A stretch of DNA of 64,000 nucleotides from the human T2T-CHM13v2.0 reference genome, Homo sapiens: the NCBI RefSeq assembly GCF_009914755.1, contig NC_060932.1, one strand, 5' to 3'. The translations under genes and the position numbers were made by a program. This document shows, in pieces, positions 1-15,646 of the stretch (position 1 is its first letter; every line of letters starts with the position of its first letter). Under the pieces are notes generated by a model, which was given only the letters and a program-made list of their open reading frames with translations, did no database searches and was not told the origin of the DNA.

Positions 1-51
1 GAGCTACAATTCAAGATGAGATTTGGGTGGGGACACAGCGAAACCATATCA
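1..51 (-). mobile_element. THE1/MST (MaLR) LTR terminus, cut by the window edge
   Basis: Reverse complement reads tgatatggtttcgctgtgtccccacccaaatctcatcttgaattgtagctc, the THE1 LTR 5' end. Confidence 0.85.
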
Positions 52-357
52 ATAACCAAGGAATAAGATGAGGAGGTAGGGCACTGGTGGGTCATCAAGG
101 CTGCGAGGACTTCTGGCTGAACTGACCTAACAGGATTCTTGCTGCAGGAATGCTAGGGTAATTTGATATCATCTGGGGATAGCAGGGATGAAGAGTTTAA
201 TCAGGGACCAGCTATTGAGGGTGGGGAATTCTCACCAAACGGACTTAGCAAGATTTTTGCTAAAACTGAACTCTACAAGGAAGTACACAAATTTTCATTT
301 TTAGAGAGAGGGTTCAGGGGAGCTGGACTCAGATTTGATCAAACAGAGTCTTTGTCA
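52..357 (-). mobile_element. ERV1 LTR fragment, MER31/MER67-like
   Basis: Ends ...gatcaaacagagtctttgtca (reverse of TGACAAAGACTCT..., the MER31/67 start); contains cttagcaagatttttgctaaaactg. Confidence 0.6.
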
Positions 358-1349
358 ATGGTTATCCACAGTGGAGAACAGTGGTGAAAAACAGATATGA
401 AATCAAACAAGACCTCCAGTAAGCCTTAAGCATGTTAATCTTTTTAGCTTAGTTTCCTGGTCTTTACAGTGTGAATAATTAATATTAGCTACTGCCTAAG
501 ATTGTTGTGTGGATAAATTATATACAGCGAAAGCTAAATAAATGTTCATCACACTAATAATTATAATCCCATAAAGGATGTAGTCCAATTCTCATGCATC
601 TTACCTGAGGGGCTGTTGTATATTTTGTGTCATGTACATTGGATTTCCCGCAGTCACCTTCCAGACTATAAAGCTGACCACTCAGCTCAGTGCCTTTCCC
701 TGGCAACTTCGGAAGGGAAGAACTATTAGAGATTTCTGACAATCTGTCTTCTCCCTTCTATATAGTGCATAAAATCTAGAAGTTAGGTATTTAAAATAAT
801 CTACAGGCTCAAAAATAAATCTTACTGTTTTCAAGTTAACCTCCTCCTGGGGTTGGTATTAAAAAAGAATTAGGTTTGCATTTGTTGAGCTTTGCAGGAT
901 GCCCTGATAATGCCTCAGCAATCAAAATGTAATTATAAAATAGGGATGTTTAAATTGCCAAATATATATATATATTTTTCTATTCAGTCTGAACTATAAC
1001 AGTCAAGCATGTGAGTGCATTAAGGTGAAGATGACGGACCAAATTCCAAATAACTTAGTAAGCTTTGTGGTTAAATGCAGGGTAGTAGGTAACAATAACA
1101 AAACACCCAATAATAAATAAATCACAGCATATTTTCTTGATTATCTATAAATGTCATAACCCTTGCTAAAAGGACTTTCTTCTCCAATAACATAATCCTT
1201 GCTGTGAGGCTGCTGGGAGTAGATAGGATGGAAATGCAATCCTTCTGCTCTTTTTTTCATCGTACCATGGCTTCACCCACTGGGTCCCACTCAGTTTCTT
1301 CTGTGTGTCAGTGTACCTACCCATACTATATTAAAATTTTTGAACATAT

Positions 1350-2367
1350 TGCAAAATAAAAAATCTCAAGGCTCACAAACTTCTTATACAAAAGGAAAGG
1401 TTAAGCTGAGAGACTGAGTCATGCAACACTCTCTTACAAACAAACGAGCAGTGGTTACTAACATTACACGTTTAGCAGATCCCTACAAAAGGTAAAAGGC
1501 CTCAGGGATCTAGGAAGGACTGCCCCCACAGATCATCCATAAGTAAATTCTTTGCTGGTCTCCCTAAACAAGGACATGCCAATTATAACTTTAGGTCTAC
1601 AATCCAAGTCTAGCTCCTGAAACTAAAGTCTGTTTGATTCCACATAGATAATGTTGTCTTCCCAGGTGCAGGACAAAGACTAGACTAATTCTTCCACCTT
1701 CCAAGAGAGGTCTGCATAATTGATTCTTCTTTTACTGCCTTTTTCTCTTCAAACATTCACCTTCTCTTATGTAAAATATAGCTAGATTTACTGAATACTA
1801 ACCAAGGTCTCACAAGAATGTAACCATTCATCTTGCATCTTACTTGCCCCTCTGCCTACCTGCCTTTCCTCCATTTAAGGAAACGTATACGTACTAAACC
1901 TCCTGAAAACTTCTTCAGAAAAACAACCACAGGGCTGGGCATGGTGGCTCACACCTGTACACCTGTAATCCCAGCACTTTGGGAGACCGGAGTGAGAGGA
2001 TCCCTTGAGCCCAGGAGTTTGAGACCAGCCTGGGCAATGTGGTAAAACTTCATCTCAACAATAAATACAAAAATCAGCTGGGCAAGGTGGCATGCACCTG
2101 TAGTCCCAACTACTCAGAAGGCTGAGGTAGGAGGATCCCTTGAGCCCAGAAGTTTAAAAGTGTAGTAAGCCATCATCATGCCAGCCTGGGTGACAGAGCA
2201 AGACCCTTCTTAAACAATAGCAACAATAAAAAGAAAGGAAGAAAAGAAAAAAGAAATACAGCCATAGATGTCTCTGTGGTTCCTATTTTTCCTGGACATG
2301 CTTTAATGCTGGCTTAACAAAATTCAATGATTCAGACCTTTGCCTCAGTCACTCATTTTGGTTGCCA
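1350..2367 (+). mobile_element. MER4-group ERV1 solo LTR interrupted by an Alu
   Basis: Starts tgcaaaataaaaaatctc...aggttaagctgagagactgagtcatgcaac, typical of MER4-group LTRs; resumes after the Alu and ends ...ttggttgcca. Confidence 0.65.
1933..2252 (+). mobile_element. AluJ
   Basis: ggctgggcatggtggctcac...ttgagcccaggagtttgagacc; A-rich tail; diverged TSD agaaaaacaaccacag / agaaatacagccatag. Confidence 0.93.
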
Positions 2368-2679
2368 TTATTCTTTGTCGAACAACAGTGAAGCAAGATG
2401 CTCAGTAGAAAAAGTTCCCAATAGTCAAAAGAGTTTTAGAAAGCAAGCCCTACCTTCTTTGAGTCAAGACATGTATTAGCGGTTGAAAGACTCAGAATCC
2501 TTATTGCAAAGAAACTAATGTTTTTCAACTATGCTAGATCATGGATATTTCATAGCAAATGAATGGCCACAGACTACACTTTTTGGGGAATGCCACCCCA
2601 AGTTCTAATTGTCTCACATTTAATAGGTTGTAGAAGTTCATGAACTGTCTTCAAGGTTTCTTTTTCCTGCAAAATTATC

Positions 2680-3487
2680 ATTTAAAAATGTGGCAAAATA
2701 AAGGCATCCCCCCAAAAAAAACGAGGAAAATTATTTGCTAGTATATCTGTCCCACCAGAAAGTCCAATGGACTGAAAGCAAATGACACCAGATATTAATT
2801 CAAATACACAAGAAGGAGTGAAGAGCAGGAAAATGACCAATGTGTGGGTAAGTATAGAATACTCTTACTATATATGTTTTTTTCTCATAATTTCTTAAAA
2901 GTACCCATAAGATTGTTTAAAGCAATGATTATAACACTGTATTACTATGCAATATATATGACAATAATTGCAGAAAGGAAGTAGGGGAATGGAGCTATAT
3001 TTTTTTAGAATGAGGTCAGTATTAATCTGAAGTATATTGATACATTTAGCAACCCCTGGAGTGAGCCACTCTGAAATTTAATTTAAAAATTAATGGCTAT
3101 CTCAAAGTAAAGTAAACTACTTTGAGTAACCTTAAAGTAATTTAAATGGTTTACCAAAAAATATTGGTCTAGCACAAAAAAGGCAGTAAAAAAGAAACAG
3201 TGAAACCACAAGAAAAATAAGGAGACGTATGGAAAGCAAATAGCAAAATGACAGACATAAATCCAACCATATTGATACTTACATTAAATATGAATGAACT
3301 AAAGATTCCAGTCAAGAGACACAGATCATCAGACTAGATTAAAAAAAAAAGAAACAAGTTCTAATGATATGCCTTGTGCAACAGACATAATTTAAATTGA
3401 AAGGCACAGACAGATTGAAATTTAAAAGATGGAAAATGATATACATGCAAACGGTAACCAGAAGAAAGCTGAAGTACCTATATTAAA
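2680..3487 (+). mobile_element. Old L1M fragment (ORF1 end to ORF2 endonuclease start)
   Basis: Degenerate ORF2 N-terminus: acattaaatatgaatgaactaaag (TLNVNGLN-like), gatggaaaatgatatacatgcaaac, aagaaagctgaagtacctatatta. Confidence 0.75.
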
Positions 3488-3829
3488 AGAGTGGTGGAAT
3501 AGTTTCATTTTAAGATCTATATTATAAAATGCTGGAAACTATTTTCTTTGCAAATGTTTAAACATATAATTGAAAATCTATTAATAGATGTATTATTAAA
3601 AAGTACAATGGGATACAATATTTTTAAAAATATATTTTTTTACAGGCTATAAAAGTAAAAATGTTTGAAGTCAGCTTTTCTACACAAATGTGTTCATTGT
3701 AGACAGAAATACACTAAGCCTCATGGGATTCTGATTTATTCAAATTTATACAATTTATAGCAAAGTAAATATTAGAAGCTCTACTCTGTCTATGTCCTGT
3801 ACTTCTTATGCATTTTAAAGAGGCACATA

Positions 3830-4056
3830 GGATAATGATTAAGTTCATGGATTTTAGAGCTACATTTAAAAAATTCTGACACCAGCCCTTGTCAGTTGTG
3901 TGGCCATGGAAAGTTTTCTTAACCTCTCTGTGCCTCAGTGAACTCATCTATAAAATGAGAAAAATAATGGCATGTACTTCATAGAAATTTTATGAGGTAA
4001 TGCATATAGCGTACTTAGAACCATACCTGGTACATGATAAGTACTCTATAAATGTG
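3830..4056 (+). mobile_element. MIR
   Basis: Core cttaacctctctgtgcctcagt..ctcatctataaaatgag and tail cctggtacatgataagtactc. Confidence 0.85.
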
Positions 4057-4057
4057 A

Positions 4058-4358
<301 letters not shown>

Positions 4359-5199
4359 GTGAGTTTTTATTCAGAGCTTTGAAATGTTCAGTTGAATGTC
4401 AACAGACAAATCATGGTCACATCTGCCAGCACATTTCCACAATGCAGGCGCAGATTTCAGTGCTCCTGACTCAGATGTTGAATCTACATCTGGACATCAA
4501 GTCATTTTAGTAGTCAGCATTAGAGAGACTGAGTTGCAAAGAGGAAGCACTGAAGAGAAAGTCTTGCTAACAAGATAATAGGTGCTGAACTCAGCAACTT
4601 TTGCTGTTATTGCTGATGAAGGGGAGACAGTGCAAAATGTGAGATGTGGGACACCCAGAGGAAAGTCAGAAGGACACACAAAACTTATGGCTTGCTAGAA
4701 GACTAGAAATGGAATACTAGGTCTGCAGTAAGGCCAGATGGCAACTCACTGACCTCTGAAATTCTCCTTGTAACAAACAGCCTTTTTTCTAGCCCTCTGC
4801 TGCCCTCCTCCCTCCCTAACATCTATGTGCCTGGTTCACAGTCCCCCAGACACAAGCCACGTTCTCTTGCCTCGGTGCCTTTGCTCACACGGATGACCTG
4901 TCCTGAAATGCCTCTCATTCTCTTAGTACTTTTCATCTCCCACCTTTCGCCCTGCTTAATAGGGTGCAATTCATTCAGCTGAGGACTTAATATGTCCTGA
5001 ACCTGGGATTGTGCACTCAGATTACAAGTTCACCCAATTTTAGGATCAAGTGTGAGAGAATGCCCTTATCACACTTGATTTTGATTGTCTACAACTAAAG
5101 GTGGGCACAGGTGTTCTGTGAGTGCAGACAAGAGTCTTACCCAGCCTGGGGGTGATCCGCAACCACCTCCTGAATGGTTTGGTGAGTTGTAGTTAATTC

Positions 5200-6312
<1,113 letters not shown>

Positions 6313-6315
6313 GAA

Positions 6316-6668
6316 GCCAGGTATGGCGGCTCACGCTTATAATTCCAGCACTTTGGGAGGCCGAGGGCAGCAGATCACTTGAGGCCAGGAGTTTGAGACC
6401 AGCCTGGATGGAAATATGGTGAAACCTCATCTCTACTAAAAATACAAAAAATTAGCCAGGTGTAGTGGCACATGTTTGTAATCCCAGCTACTTGGGAGGC
6501 TGGGGCAGGGGAATTGCTTGAACCTAGGAGGCAGAGATTGCAGTGAGCTGATATTGCATGACTGTGCTCCACCCTGGATGACAGAGTGAGACTCCATCTC
6601 AAACAAACAAAAAACAAGAATAGGCTTTTGTAGTTCAAAAAACAAAATCAAAACAAAACAAACAAAAA
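6316..6668 (+). mobile_element. AluS/J with (CAAA)n tail
   Basis: Full Alu dimer with a degenerate caaa-rich tail. Confidence 0.92.
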
Positions 6669-6819
6669 CTTATTGTACCAAGATGCAATTTAGCAGAAAC
6701 ATTTAGTTTAGCAGCAGTATTTAAGCTAATGTGGGTAAGAACATTCATATAATCATCAAAACAGCTAATGACAACATACCCTGCAAGGTGAGTAGATATG
6801 TGGCACTAGGATTCAGGTT

Positions 6820-7110
6820 ATGATGCCACTCTCACCTAGAGAAGGCTGTATACCACACTTCAAGTGGGATATAGACAGACTGGAGGACATGTAGAAAAGA
6901 GTGACACAGAGGGTGGAAGAACTCACAATTACCTCTAATGAGGAAGGGTTTGATCAAGTTGGAGTGGTTAGCCTGCAAACGCAGATAATGACAATGGTCG
7001 TCATATGGCTTGCTCTATTATAGCTACAAGGGGGATAACAAGTATCAATGGCAGGAAGATACAGGAAGATTTCAATCATAAGATTGTTGATATCTCATGC
7101 TGTCCTAAGA
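6820..7110 (+). mobile_element. L3/CR1 LINE relic
   Basis: cacttcaagtgggatatagacagactggagg...atgaggaagggtt...ttagcctg resembles the CR1/L3 RT 3' region. Confidence 0.6.
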
Positions 7111-7132
7111 TATTACCCTCAGATTTGATGGC

Positions 7133-8258
7133 CAGTCAGTGTTCTCCAGAGAAACAGAACCAATTGGATGTATATGTAGGAGCCAATGCCCTTGGGCCCC
7201 TGAATGTTCACTGAAAAATCAGCTCGTAAGAGGCTCATTCATTGGAGAAAGGCACACAAATTTATTTAATGTGTGTACATGGGAGCCTTCAGAATGATGA
7301 CCCAGTGATACAGGAGAAATTATCCATTTGTATGCATAAGTTCAATAAATATGAATAGCCATGTAGAAATAGGATTGGACAAAAAGTGTATGCCCTAATG
7401 TTCCTAGACTGAGTGGGGAAACTGAGCAAGGCCTGTCTGTCTAGATTCTTCTTGGCCTCTCTGAGCAGCATTCTTTTGCTCTGGGTATGGGGCAGGACCC
7501 TCTCTGAAATGGAGGTCTTATGACCTACAGTCAAACAAAGTAAGTCAGATCATTTGTTTATGGCCAGTTTATACACAGAAAGGTAGGGGGAAATTAGACT
7601 AATATTTCTAGGTTTGATGGCTAGCTTTAGGGAAAAGGGGTTCTGGTTTCTATGACCTTCCTTGAGGAATACAAATTCTAGCTTTTATGGCTAGCCTTGA
7701 GGGAGAGAGACAGGACTGAGAGACAGGAAGGCAGGAGAAAAATCAGAGAAAACTTTTGCTTTTGAGACCCTTACATTGGGTATTGTTTTATGAATCCCAA
7801 GATATGTCTTCATAGAAAAAGGTGTATTCTAGAGAGGTGGCCCATGTGATTATGGAGATTGACAAATCTCAAGATCTGCAAGGTGAGTCATCCAACTGGA
7901 GACCCAGGAGGGTTGTGGGTGTAGCTCCAGTCCAAGGATCAGCTGGCTCCACACTCAGGGAGAGCTGATGTTTCAGAGCAAGTCCAAAGGCAGAAAAAAA
8001 GCTAATGTTGCAGCTTGAGAGCCATTAGGCAGAAAAAAAAAATCTCTTACCCAAGGAAGAGTCAGCCCTTTTATTCTATTTAAGCCCTTGACGGATTAGG
8101 GATTGGATGAGGCCTTGCCCTGTTAGGGAGGACTATCTACTTTACTCAGTCTACTAATTTAAATGTTACTTGCATCCAAAAACACCCTCTAAGAAACACC
8201 TAGAATATCTGGGTGCTTCCTGGCTCAGTCAGGTTGACACATACAGTTCGTCATCACA
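7133..8258 (-). mobile_element. MLT2 (ERVL) LTR split by an ERV1 LTR
   Basis: gttctccagagaaacagaaccaat at left; gttgacacatacagttcgtcatcaca at right (reverse of the MLT2 start). Confidence 0.8.
7175..7802 (-). mobile_element. ERV1 solo LTR (LTR29/MER34-like) nested in MLT2
   Basis: gcaaggcctgtctgtctagattcttcttggcctctctgagcagc...ggggcaggaccctctctg; terminal ttgggtattgttttatgaatcccaa; TSD about tata/tatg. Confidence 0.75.
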
Positions 8259-9143
8259 AGTGAGAGTTGTTTCTATCCAGAGACTGATTGATTGATTTCA
8301 ATCCAGGTGTAGACAGCATGGTCAGAATTTTCAGTCAAACTAAAAAAATTTATATCTGGGTGGTGATTCAGACATAGCTCAAACAAGCTCCAGACTTTTA
8401 AAAATAAAGAAAAGTCTCAACGTGCTCAGAAATCTCGTGAAACCCAGGCAACCATGCCAGAATTGTTCAAGATTCGAAACGGTGCACTGCATTTCAGGAT
8501 AGTTGTCTAAACCACTTCTCACACCTAGAATACCAGCAAAAGGCACACTCTCCTCTCATCAGTTCAAATTTTATTTGCCATTTTTGTTTCTCCTATTGTT
8601 TCTTCTCATGGACCAGTCCCAGAAAACAGAAAAGAAAAATGAAATGTGAGCATTTAAAATGTATTTTTGATTAGAGGACTTTTATAGGATCCAAGGAACT
8701 GTAAAGCTCCCAGCTCTGACAGTGCCCCAGTTCCCATTTAATCTTCATTTCTCCATTTCTAGTCAGCTGTGAGTGCAGATGTTGAAGTCTTGTTTGTTTA
8801 TCAGGGGGCCAAGAAGATTTATGGTTGGGTGCATGTTCGGCTGCCTTCCATGCCCTCCTGGCACAGCTCCTGAGCTGCACAGCACAGGGGACACTTAAGC
8901 ATGCTTAATGGGAAAGTCCGTCCCACATGTCCCCTGCAGTTCTCATCTGGTGATTTTTCAGCTTCTGCTTTGGTTGAAGTTAAGGTAATTACAAAGTTAT
9001 TATTTGTCATTTCCATTATCTTTGGGGTCAGAAAGACATCTGTTGAAAGTTAGCATCATCTGTCATTTACGCCAGCTGGCGGCCAGCACCTGAGTGGACT
9101 TAAAAAGTGAGGCAAGGGGCTAGGTGTCCACGGAGAGTAGCTC

Positions 9144-9262
9144 CGTGCATGTCTGTGTGTGTGTGCATGTGTGTGTGTATATGCCTGCGTGTGTGTGTAT
9201 GTGTGTGTGCGTGCGTGTGTGTATGTGTGCGTGTGGGCATGTGCATGCCTGCGTGTGCGTGC
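9144..9262. repeat. Compound (TG)n/(CG)n alternating purine-pyrimidine tract
   Basis: ~115 bp, e.g. gtgtgtgtgcgtgcgtgtgt. Confidence 0.95.
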
Positions 9263-9364
9263 AAAAGAACCCAACCCTGCAGTGAAGAAGCCTGTGCTTT
9301 CTTGCAACATCAGTAATGATGAGCTGTAAAGAAACACGGAGTGCCACTGTCCACAATATTCTCC

Positions 9365-9610
9365 GCGTTTTTGAGTCACTTATGTGGGAAAAGTAATGAA
9401 GTCAGATGAACTATTCCTAGTTTCCTTCCTGCCGGGCTTTTTTTTTTTTTTTTTTCTTAACTTGTACCACATAGTTCTCTTTTCAGAGTGGAAATGAGAA
9501 AATGGTCTGGGGTTTAAAATGCTGTTTTATTCAATGAAGAAATATAAGTGATGTATGTGGTCTGTCCTGGCCTTTTGAGTCAGCAAACCACCACAGTGTT
9601 TACACATTCA
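9365..9610. promoter_or_regulatory. Candidate enhancer motif cluster (AP-1, MARE/ARE, RUNX-like, FOX)
   Basis: TGAGTCA at 9372; TGAGTCAGCA at 9576-9585; AACCAC; TGTTTAC at 9597-9603; non-repeat DNA with several retained CpGs nearby. Confidence 0.35.
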
Positions 9611-9634
9611 AAGTTATCAGTCGATCCTTCAGTT

Positions 9635-10116
<482 letters not shown>

Positions 10117-12924
10117 ATTTTACTGACATTCCACAAATCTTGACCCTGAAGAAATAGGCATAAAATAGAGGCTTGCGATGGGATTGTAGAGCAAGAAGAG
10201 AGAAGAGCAAGGAGTCCTATATAGGTTCCCCAGGTATTGGGCTTGTTGTGATGCCCCAGAATCCCTCTGAGCAGCATGTTCACCACAATCTTTCCCTAAA
10301 GCTTATACCTACTGATGCAGACTAATCTTCCTTCAGGATGATGCTTTGCAAATCCAATTTTGTTTTATATGCTCTGAGAAGATAAAATGTTGGTACAGAT
10401 CTTTCTCTTAGCACCTTGAAAATATGGGTAATGTTCAAAATTCCCTAAAGCTGAGCATTCAGATATTCAGAATACAACTGTTATCTGAGCTTAAACCATG
10501 GATTGTTACAGTTTTTGGATTACCTCACTTACCAAAAGGAAAACTAGCAATGTGGGTGTGTTAATAGTCTGCTCCTTTGTTAGATGGGAAGAATTTCACC
10601 TAATCCTCAAAGAGGAAAATGAAATCTTTATAGATCAGTGAAGTTAGTCCAAATGTCAGTGCAGAGAATGATGATATGCCGGACTGAAGACCAGAACTCA
10701 GCCTTCAGTGTGTTGAGCATTCGACAGGATTTAGAAAGTGGGGGATAAACTTTTAGTTCATTTTCACAAATGCCTTTACCTTTTCTCATAGGTTCATTTC
10801 AATTTGATCAGTTTAGGGAATATTATTCTGTTCCTTTGGATTTAGGGATTTGATTCTATTCTACTCAAGATGTTCTTCAAATTAATAGGAAACCAGGACT
10901 CACTTGAGCTTTCCTAAAATAACAAATTAACCAAAACCAAAGAAGTTTACAAAGACCCTAAAAATAATAAAGCAAGAATAAAGAAAAGAGCTAAAATTTA
11001 AGAATAAAGTTAAAGATGATCCATATTTAATATATGTATCTTTATTCCACTGATAAATTAGTTCTGAAAAACTTTCTCTTCCTATGGAGTCAGAAACTGG
11101 GGAGCTTGAGAGATTTACAGTAAGATGCAAAGCAGCATCCTTTACACAAATAACACTAACCAATATGCTTACATCAACTCCACTGGGTTTTCCAGGTATA
11201 TGGTTGAAGGTTTATGTGGACCAGCTGGAAAAGTTGCTGCAACATCCTAATGAACATCTGCTACTTTCCAAACTCAACCACTCATTATGAAGGTTGTGGA
11301 CACCTAAAAAGGGCTATAAAAGAAACAACCGTTCTTGTCCACTTGAGATTGGGAATAAACTGCTTTAGAGAAGATATAAATATGTTCAATTTATATAAAT
11401 CAGGAAAAAAAAGAAATCTATGTATTTTGGAGACTAAAAATTTCTTAACAAGCCCTTTAAGATACTGCTTTTAACATCAATTAGCTTTATTTAGTACAAG
11501 CCAGTAAAAAATGGCCTCTCAATAAAATACCTTAGCTGTAACTCTGACTATATTCCTTCAATAGTGTTTCAATAAATCAGAGATAGATATTGATGAGCCA
11601 TTGTAAATGTAAGTAGAAATGTGATTATTTTTACTATTGTATGAAATGCTTTGCCTGCATTAGACATTTGGTACTAGATGGCAGTAGATTGATTGCTACA
11701 TGACTAGTAATTGATATAAATGTTATATGTTGGCATGAATTGCAATCCCATATAAAATACTGATTTAGAATAAATTGAAAAATAATTGGAAGGTGAAAAA
11801 ACTTGACATTTTGGAAGTTGAACAATTTACATATATTTCAACATTATGTCAAATTCTTTATTTCATATGCTAAAATTAAAATAATTGACAGAAATTGCTT
11901 TAAGAATGTATATCTAAAATATAATTTCCACTTAAAAAATAAAATTTGAGTGGTTAAATCTGTCTTTACTATTGGGAATAATTTGGATGACCAACAGGCA
12001 TGGCCATTCAGGAAAATGTTACCTCAGAGATATCTCACACTTCTTCAGTTATGAAATAAAGAAGAGGCTTTACACAGTCATGGGCTCAGTTTTACTTTTC
12101 TGGATTTATTATCAAAACTACAAAGATATTGATAGCATACAGAAATAATTATTAAAAGCCTTTCCAACACACAATTTGCATTATTGACTAATTACAATGT
12201 AAATACTTTAATTGAAACAATTACCAGTGGAGACTGCAAAAGCTCAATACTGTATAGATTGACTATTAATTTGTTAAACAAGGATTGCTTGCTTAATGCT
12301 TATTCTGTATATTACATTGTACTGGGAGCAATGGAAGTCAACAGTGAGTTATGTTTTAGGGTTACCCTTACCAGCAAGCTCTGGGACTAATTCATCTTTA
12401 TATCATCCATAATGGCTAGAACAATCTTAGTAATAACTAACAGTAGTTATAAGCATTACTAGTTGCTATTTATCAAAATGTATCAAATTTATCCAAATTC
12501 CCATATGGAATCTACTGGGAACACACATGTAGATAAAAAAACAATTAACCTAAGGCTCAAATACGAGAATGATCTAATGAATTTAAAAATAGAAATTGTG
12601 AAACTGCCTTTGCAAAGATTATGACATCCAGAGAAGACTACCATGGCTGACTCCATCTTGCTTCTGGCCTCACGGGCTAGCTATCCTCCTTCATTCCTGG
12701 GCATAGGCCAAGTTAACCATGGGAGGAATTTAATTCACAGTTTAACTTGAAAGCAATGATGATAATAGTCCCTCCCTAAAACTGATGCCTTCCTCCTTCA
12801 AGTACTGAAACTGTCTTGGTAAGACTAATGAAAGGCCACAGGATAAGGATTATGGGAGGGGCCTGAATTCTGCTAAGAAACAGGGGTAGCTAAACAATAA
12901 CCAGCCATTGTCCCCTAGTTCATT

Positions 12925-12939
12925 CGTTTTCTTTCTTTC

Positions 12940-13003
<64 letters not shown>

Positions 13004-13082
13004 TCCTTCCTTCCTTCCTTCTTCCTTCCTTCCTTCCTTTCTCTCTCTCTCTCTCTCTATTTCTTTCTTTCTTTCTCTCTTT

Positions 13083-13094
<12 letters not shown>
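12925..13094. repeat. (TTTC)n(TTCC)n(TC)n polypyrimidine tract (expanded Alu tail)
   Basis: ~170 bp of nearly pure pyrimidine. Confidence 0.95.
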
Positions 13095-13386
<292 letters not shown>

Positions 13387-14088
13387 TAATCTCTTACTGT
13401 TCAGGAGTCATGTGGCCAGAGTTCACAAGGTTTGTGACTTCTCCAATTGTTCCTGTAGATAATATCACTATTGTAGAACCTAAGATTGGTCTTTTCAGAT
13501 ATTTTTCAGACTTTTGTTTTCTGGGAAGTGACTGACCCCACCTGGACTTGTGACTCATGACTGAATTGGCCCTCTGGCCCTCACCCAGAGGTGGATTCAG
13601 TGCAGGAGGAACCATTTTCCACACCCCTATGATTTGACTTAGAACTGATCAGCAGCACCCATTTCCTAGCCCCTGCCCACCAGATTATCGATAAAAACCC
13701 TAGTCTCTGAGTTCTCAGAGAGGCTGACTTGAGTAATAACAAGCTCCTGTCCTTCTGCTTGGCTGGCCTTTCATTAAACAAATGTTTTCTTTACTGCAAT
13801 AACACTGTCTCAGTGAATTGGGTTTATCTGTGCAATGAGCAAGAAGAACCCATCAGGCAGTTTCAACTGGGCTATATAATATGTTTAATAAGGTGATATG
13901 TGTACTCTGCTTGACCTCTGATACCAAATAATTTTCATTTTTGCTGTTTTATTTAATAATTAATAAAAACATCATGCACATCTCAAAGAGACTAAAGGAA
14001 AATGTGCTACATATGTCCCTCCAAAAGGAACAATACACATTATTTCTTATTATCTTATAATCGATTTCAAATTCTTAGCTATATGAGT

Positions 14089-14414
14089 CTTTTTTTTTTT
14101 TTTTTTTTTTTTGCTTTTTTTGAGATGAAGTTTCACTCTTATTGCCCAGGCTGGAATGCAGTGCCACAATCTTGTCTCACTGCAACCTCTACCTCCCGGT
14201 TCAAGTGATTTTCCTGCCTGCCTCAGTCTCCCAAGTAGCTGGGATTATAGGCATGATAGGCATGCTTCACCTTGCCTGGCTAATTCTGCATTTTTAGTAG
14301 AGATGAGGTTTCACGATGTTGATCAAGCTGTTCTCAAACTCCTGATCTCAGGTGGTTCACCCGCTTCGGCCTCCTAAAGTGCTGGGATTACAGGCGTGAG
14401 CCACTGTGCCTGGC
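14089..14414 (-). mobile_element. AluSq/Sp
   Basis: gagatgaagtttcactcttattgccc; TSD gagtcttttt on both sides. Confidence 0.93.
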
Positions 14415-14814
14415 AAGAGTCTTTTTTAAACTTTAGAGATGTGTGTGCAGGTATCCTTGCTCTGGGTCTATGTGGCTTTAAAGATATATGTTTAAAAAGA
14501 ATGTGACAAACTGATAAAAATCTGGGAAGTGATAAGCCATGTACTCAAATAAGTTTCACAGATTTTCTAAGCATAAAAGAACACACCTGATATTTTCTGT
14601 ATAACCTAAGCCTCACCCTTGCTTGAGGAAATGGCTCCTCATTGTTTCTTTTGTTGTTATTAAGATAACTGTGTTTCTCTTGCTTTCATCTTCTCTTTCA
14701 TGGCAGGGCTTCCAAGTCCTGCGTAAATACAAATGCATAAGTGCAGGATACTTGGAATGTCCAGACTACAGGAACAAAGGACATAGTTTCTCATTTACAT
14801 GCCCTGGAATGTGA

Positions 14815-14960
14815 GAAGTCAAGGTGGCGTAAGGCAGGGTTAGTGATCCAGGCATCAAGATACTTGTATTCCAGTGTTAGCTTTGCTAGTAGTCACCTTT
14901 GGACCTTGAACAAATCCCTTAACATCTCTGAGCTTCAGTTATGTAATCTATAAGATGACC
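14815..14960 (+). mobile_element. MIR
   Basis: ggaccttgaacaaatcccttaacatctctgagcttcagtt. Confidence 0.7.
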
Positions 14961-15191
14961 TGATTACTAGCATGCAAATCTCAGTTTCTAATACCATTTG
15001 CCAGTTAAATGAACCAGTGCTACTTAGAAAAATGGCTGATTTGAGGACTGAGGCAGGGAATATGTCAAATGAGCCTGGAGCATCTTGTAGTGCCAGAAAG
15101 TAAAAGAGAGCTCCAAAAAGTAATATTATAGGGACACAGGAGCCAATTGAAAGAGCTCCCAATGGCTAAAATTAGAACTATTTGAGATATA

Positions 15192-15224
<33 letters not shown>

Positions 15225-15646
15225 GTGTGTATATGTATACATATATGTAATATAGTATTGGATTATAATCCAAAGCATAATGCAAAGTATAAAATACCTA
15301 TCTATGAATTCATATTGATATAAATAACTAATTGAATGAATGAATAAACAGATAAATAAGAGATAAGATACAAATTGTCCATACAAAATAATTCCAAATA
15401 ATTTATATAAATTTTCTTCCCTCAAGGACATAGAGCATAACTACCTACCCCTGAAATGTGGGCTGTACTTTGTACCTTACTCCCAAGAAGTACATATGAA
15501 ACATGGAACAAAAAAGTAACTTTCCAGTGCAGAAACCTGGCAAGCACTATTCAGCATAATCAAGGCTAAGATCATGAGTGATAAGTCATGTTGATAGCAT
15601 GTACCCTTTGTATGATATAATGAGAAGGGTATTTTATCTTTGTAGA

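Noticed and set aside
6785-6793. Consensus splice donor AAG/GTGAGT
   Set aside because: No convincing upstream acceptor or promoter; isolated 9-mers are common.
9056-9379. Overlapping His/Thr- and Cys/Val-rich ORFs
   Set aside because: Artefacts of the TG/CA microsatellite.
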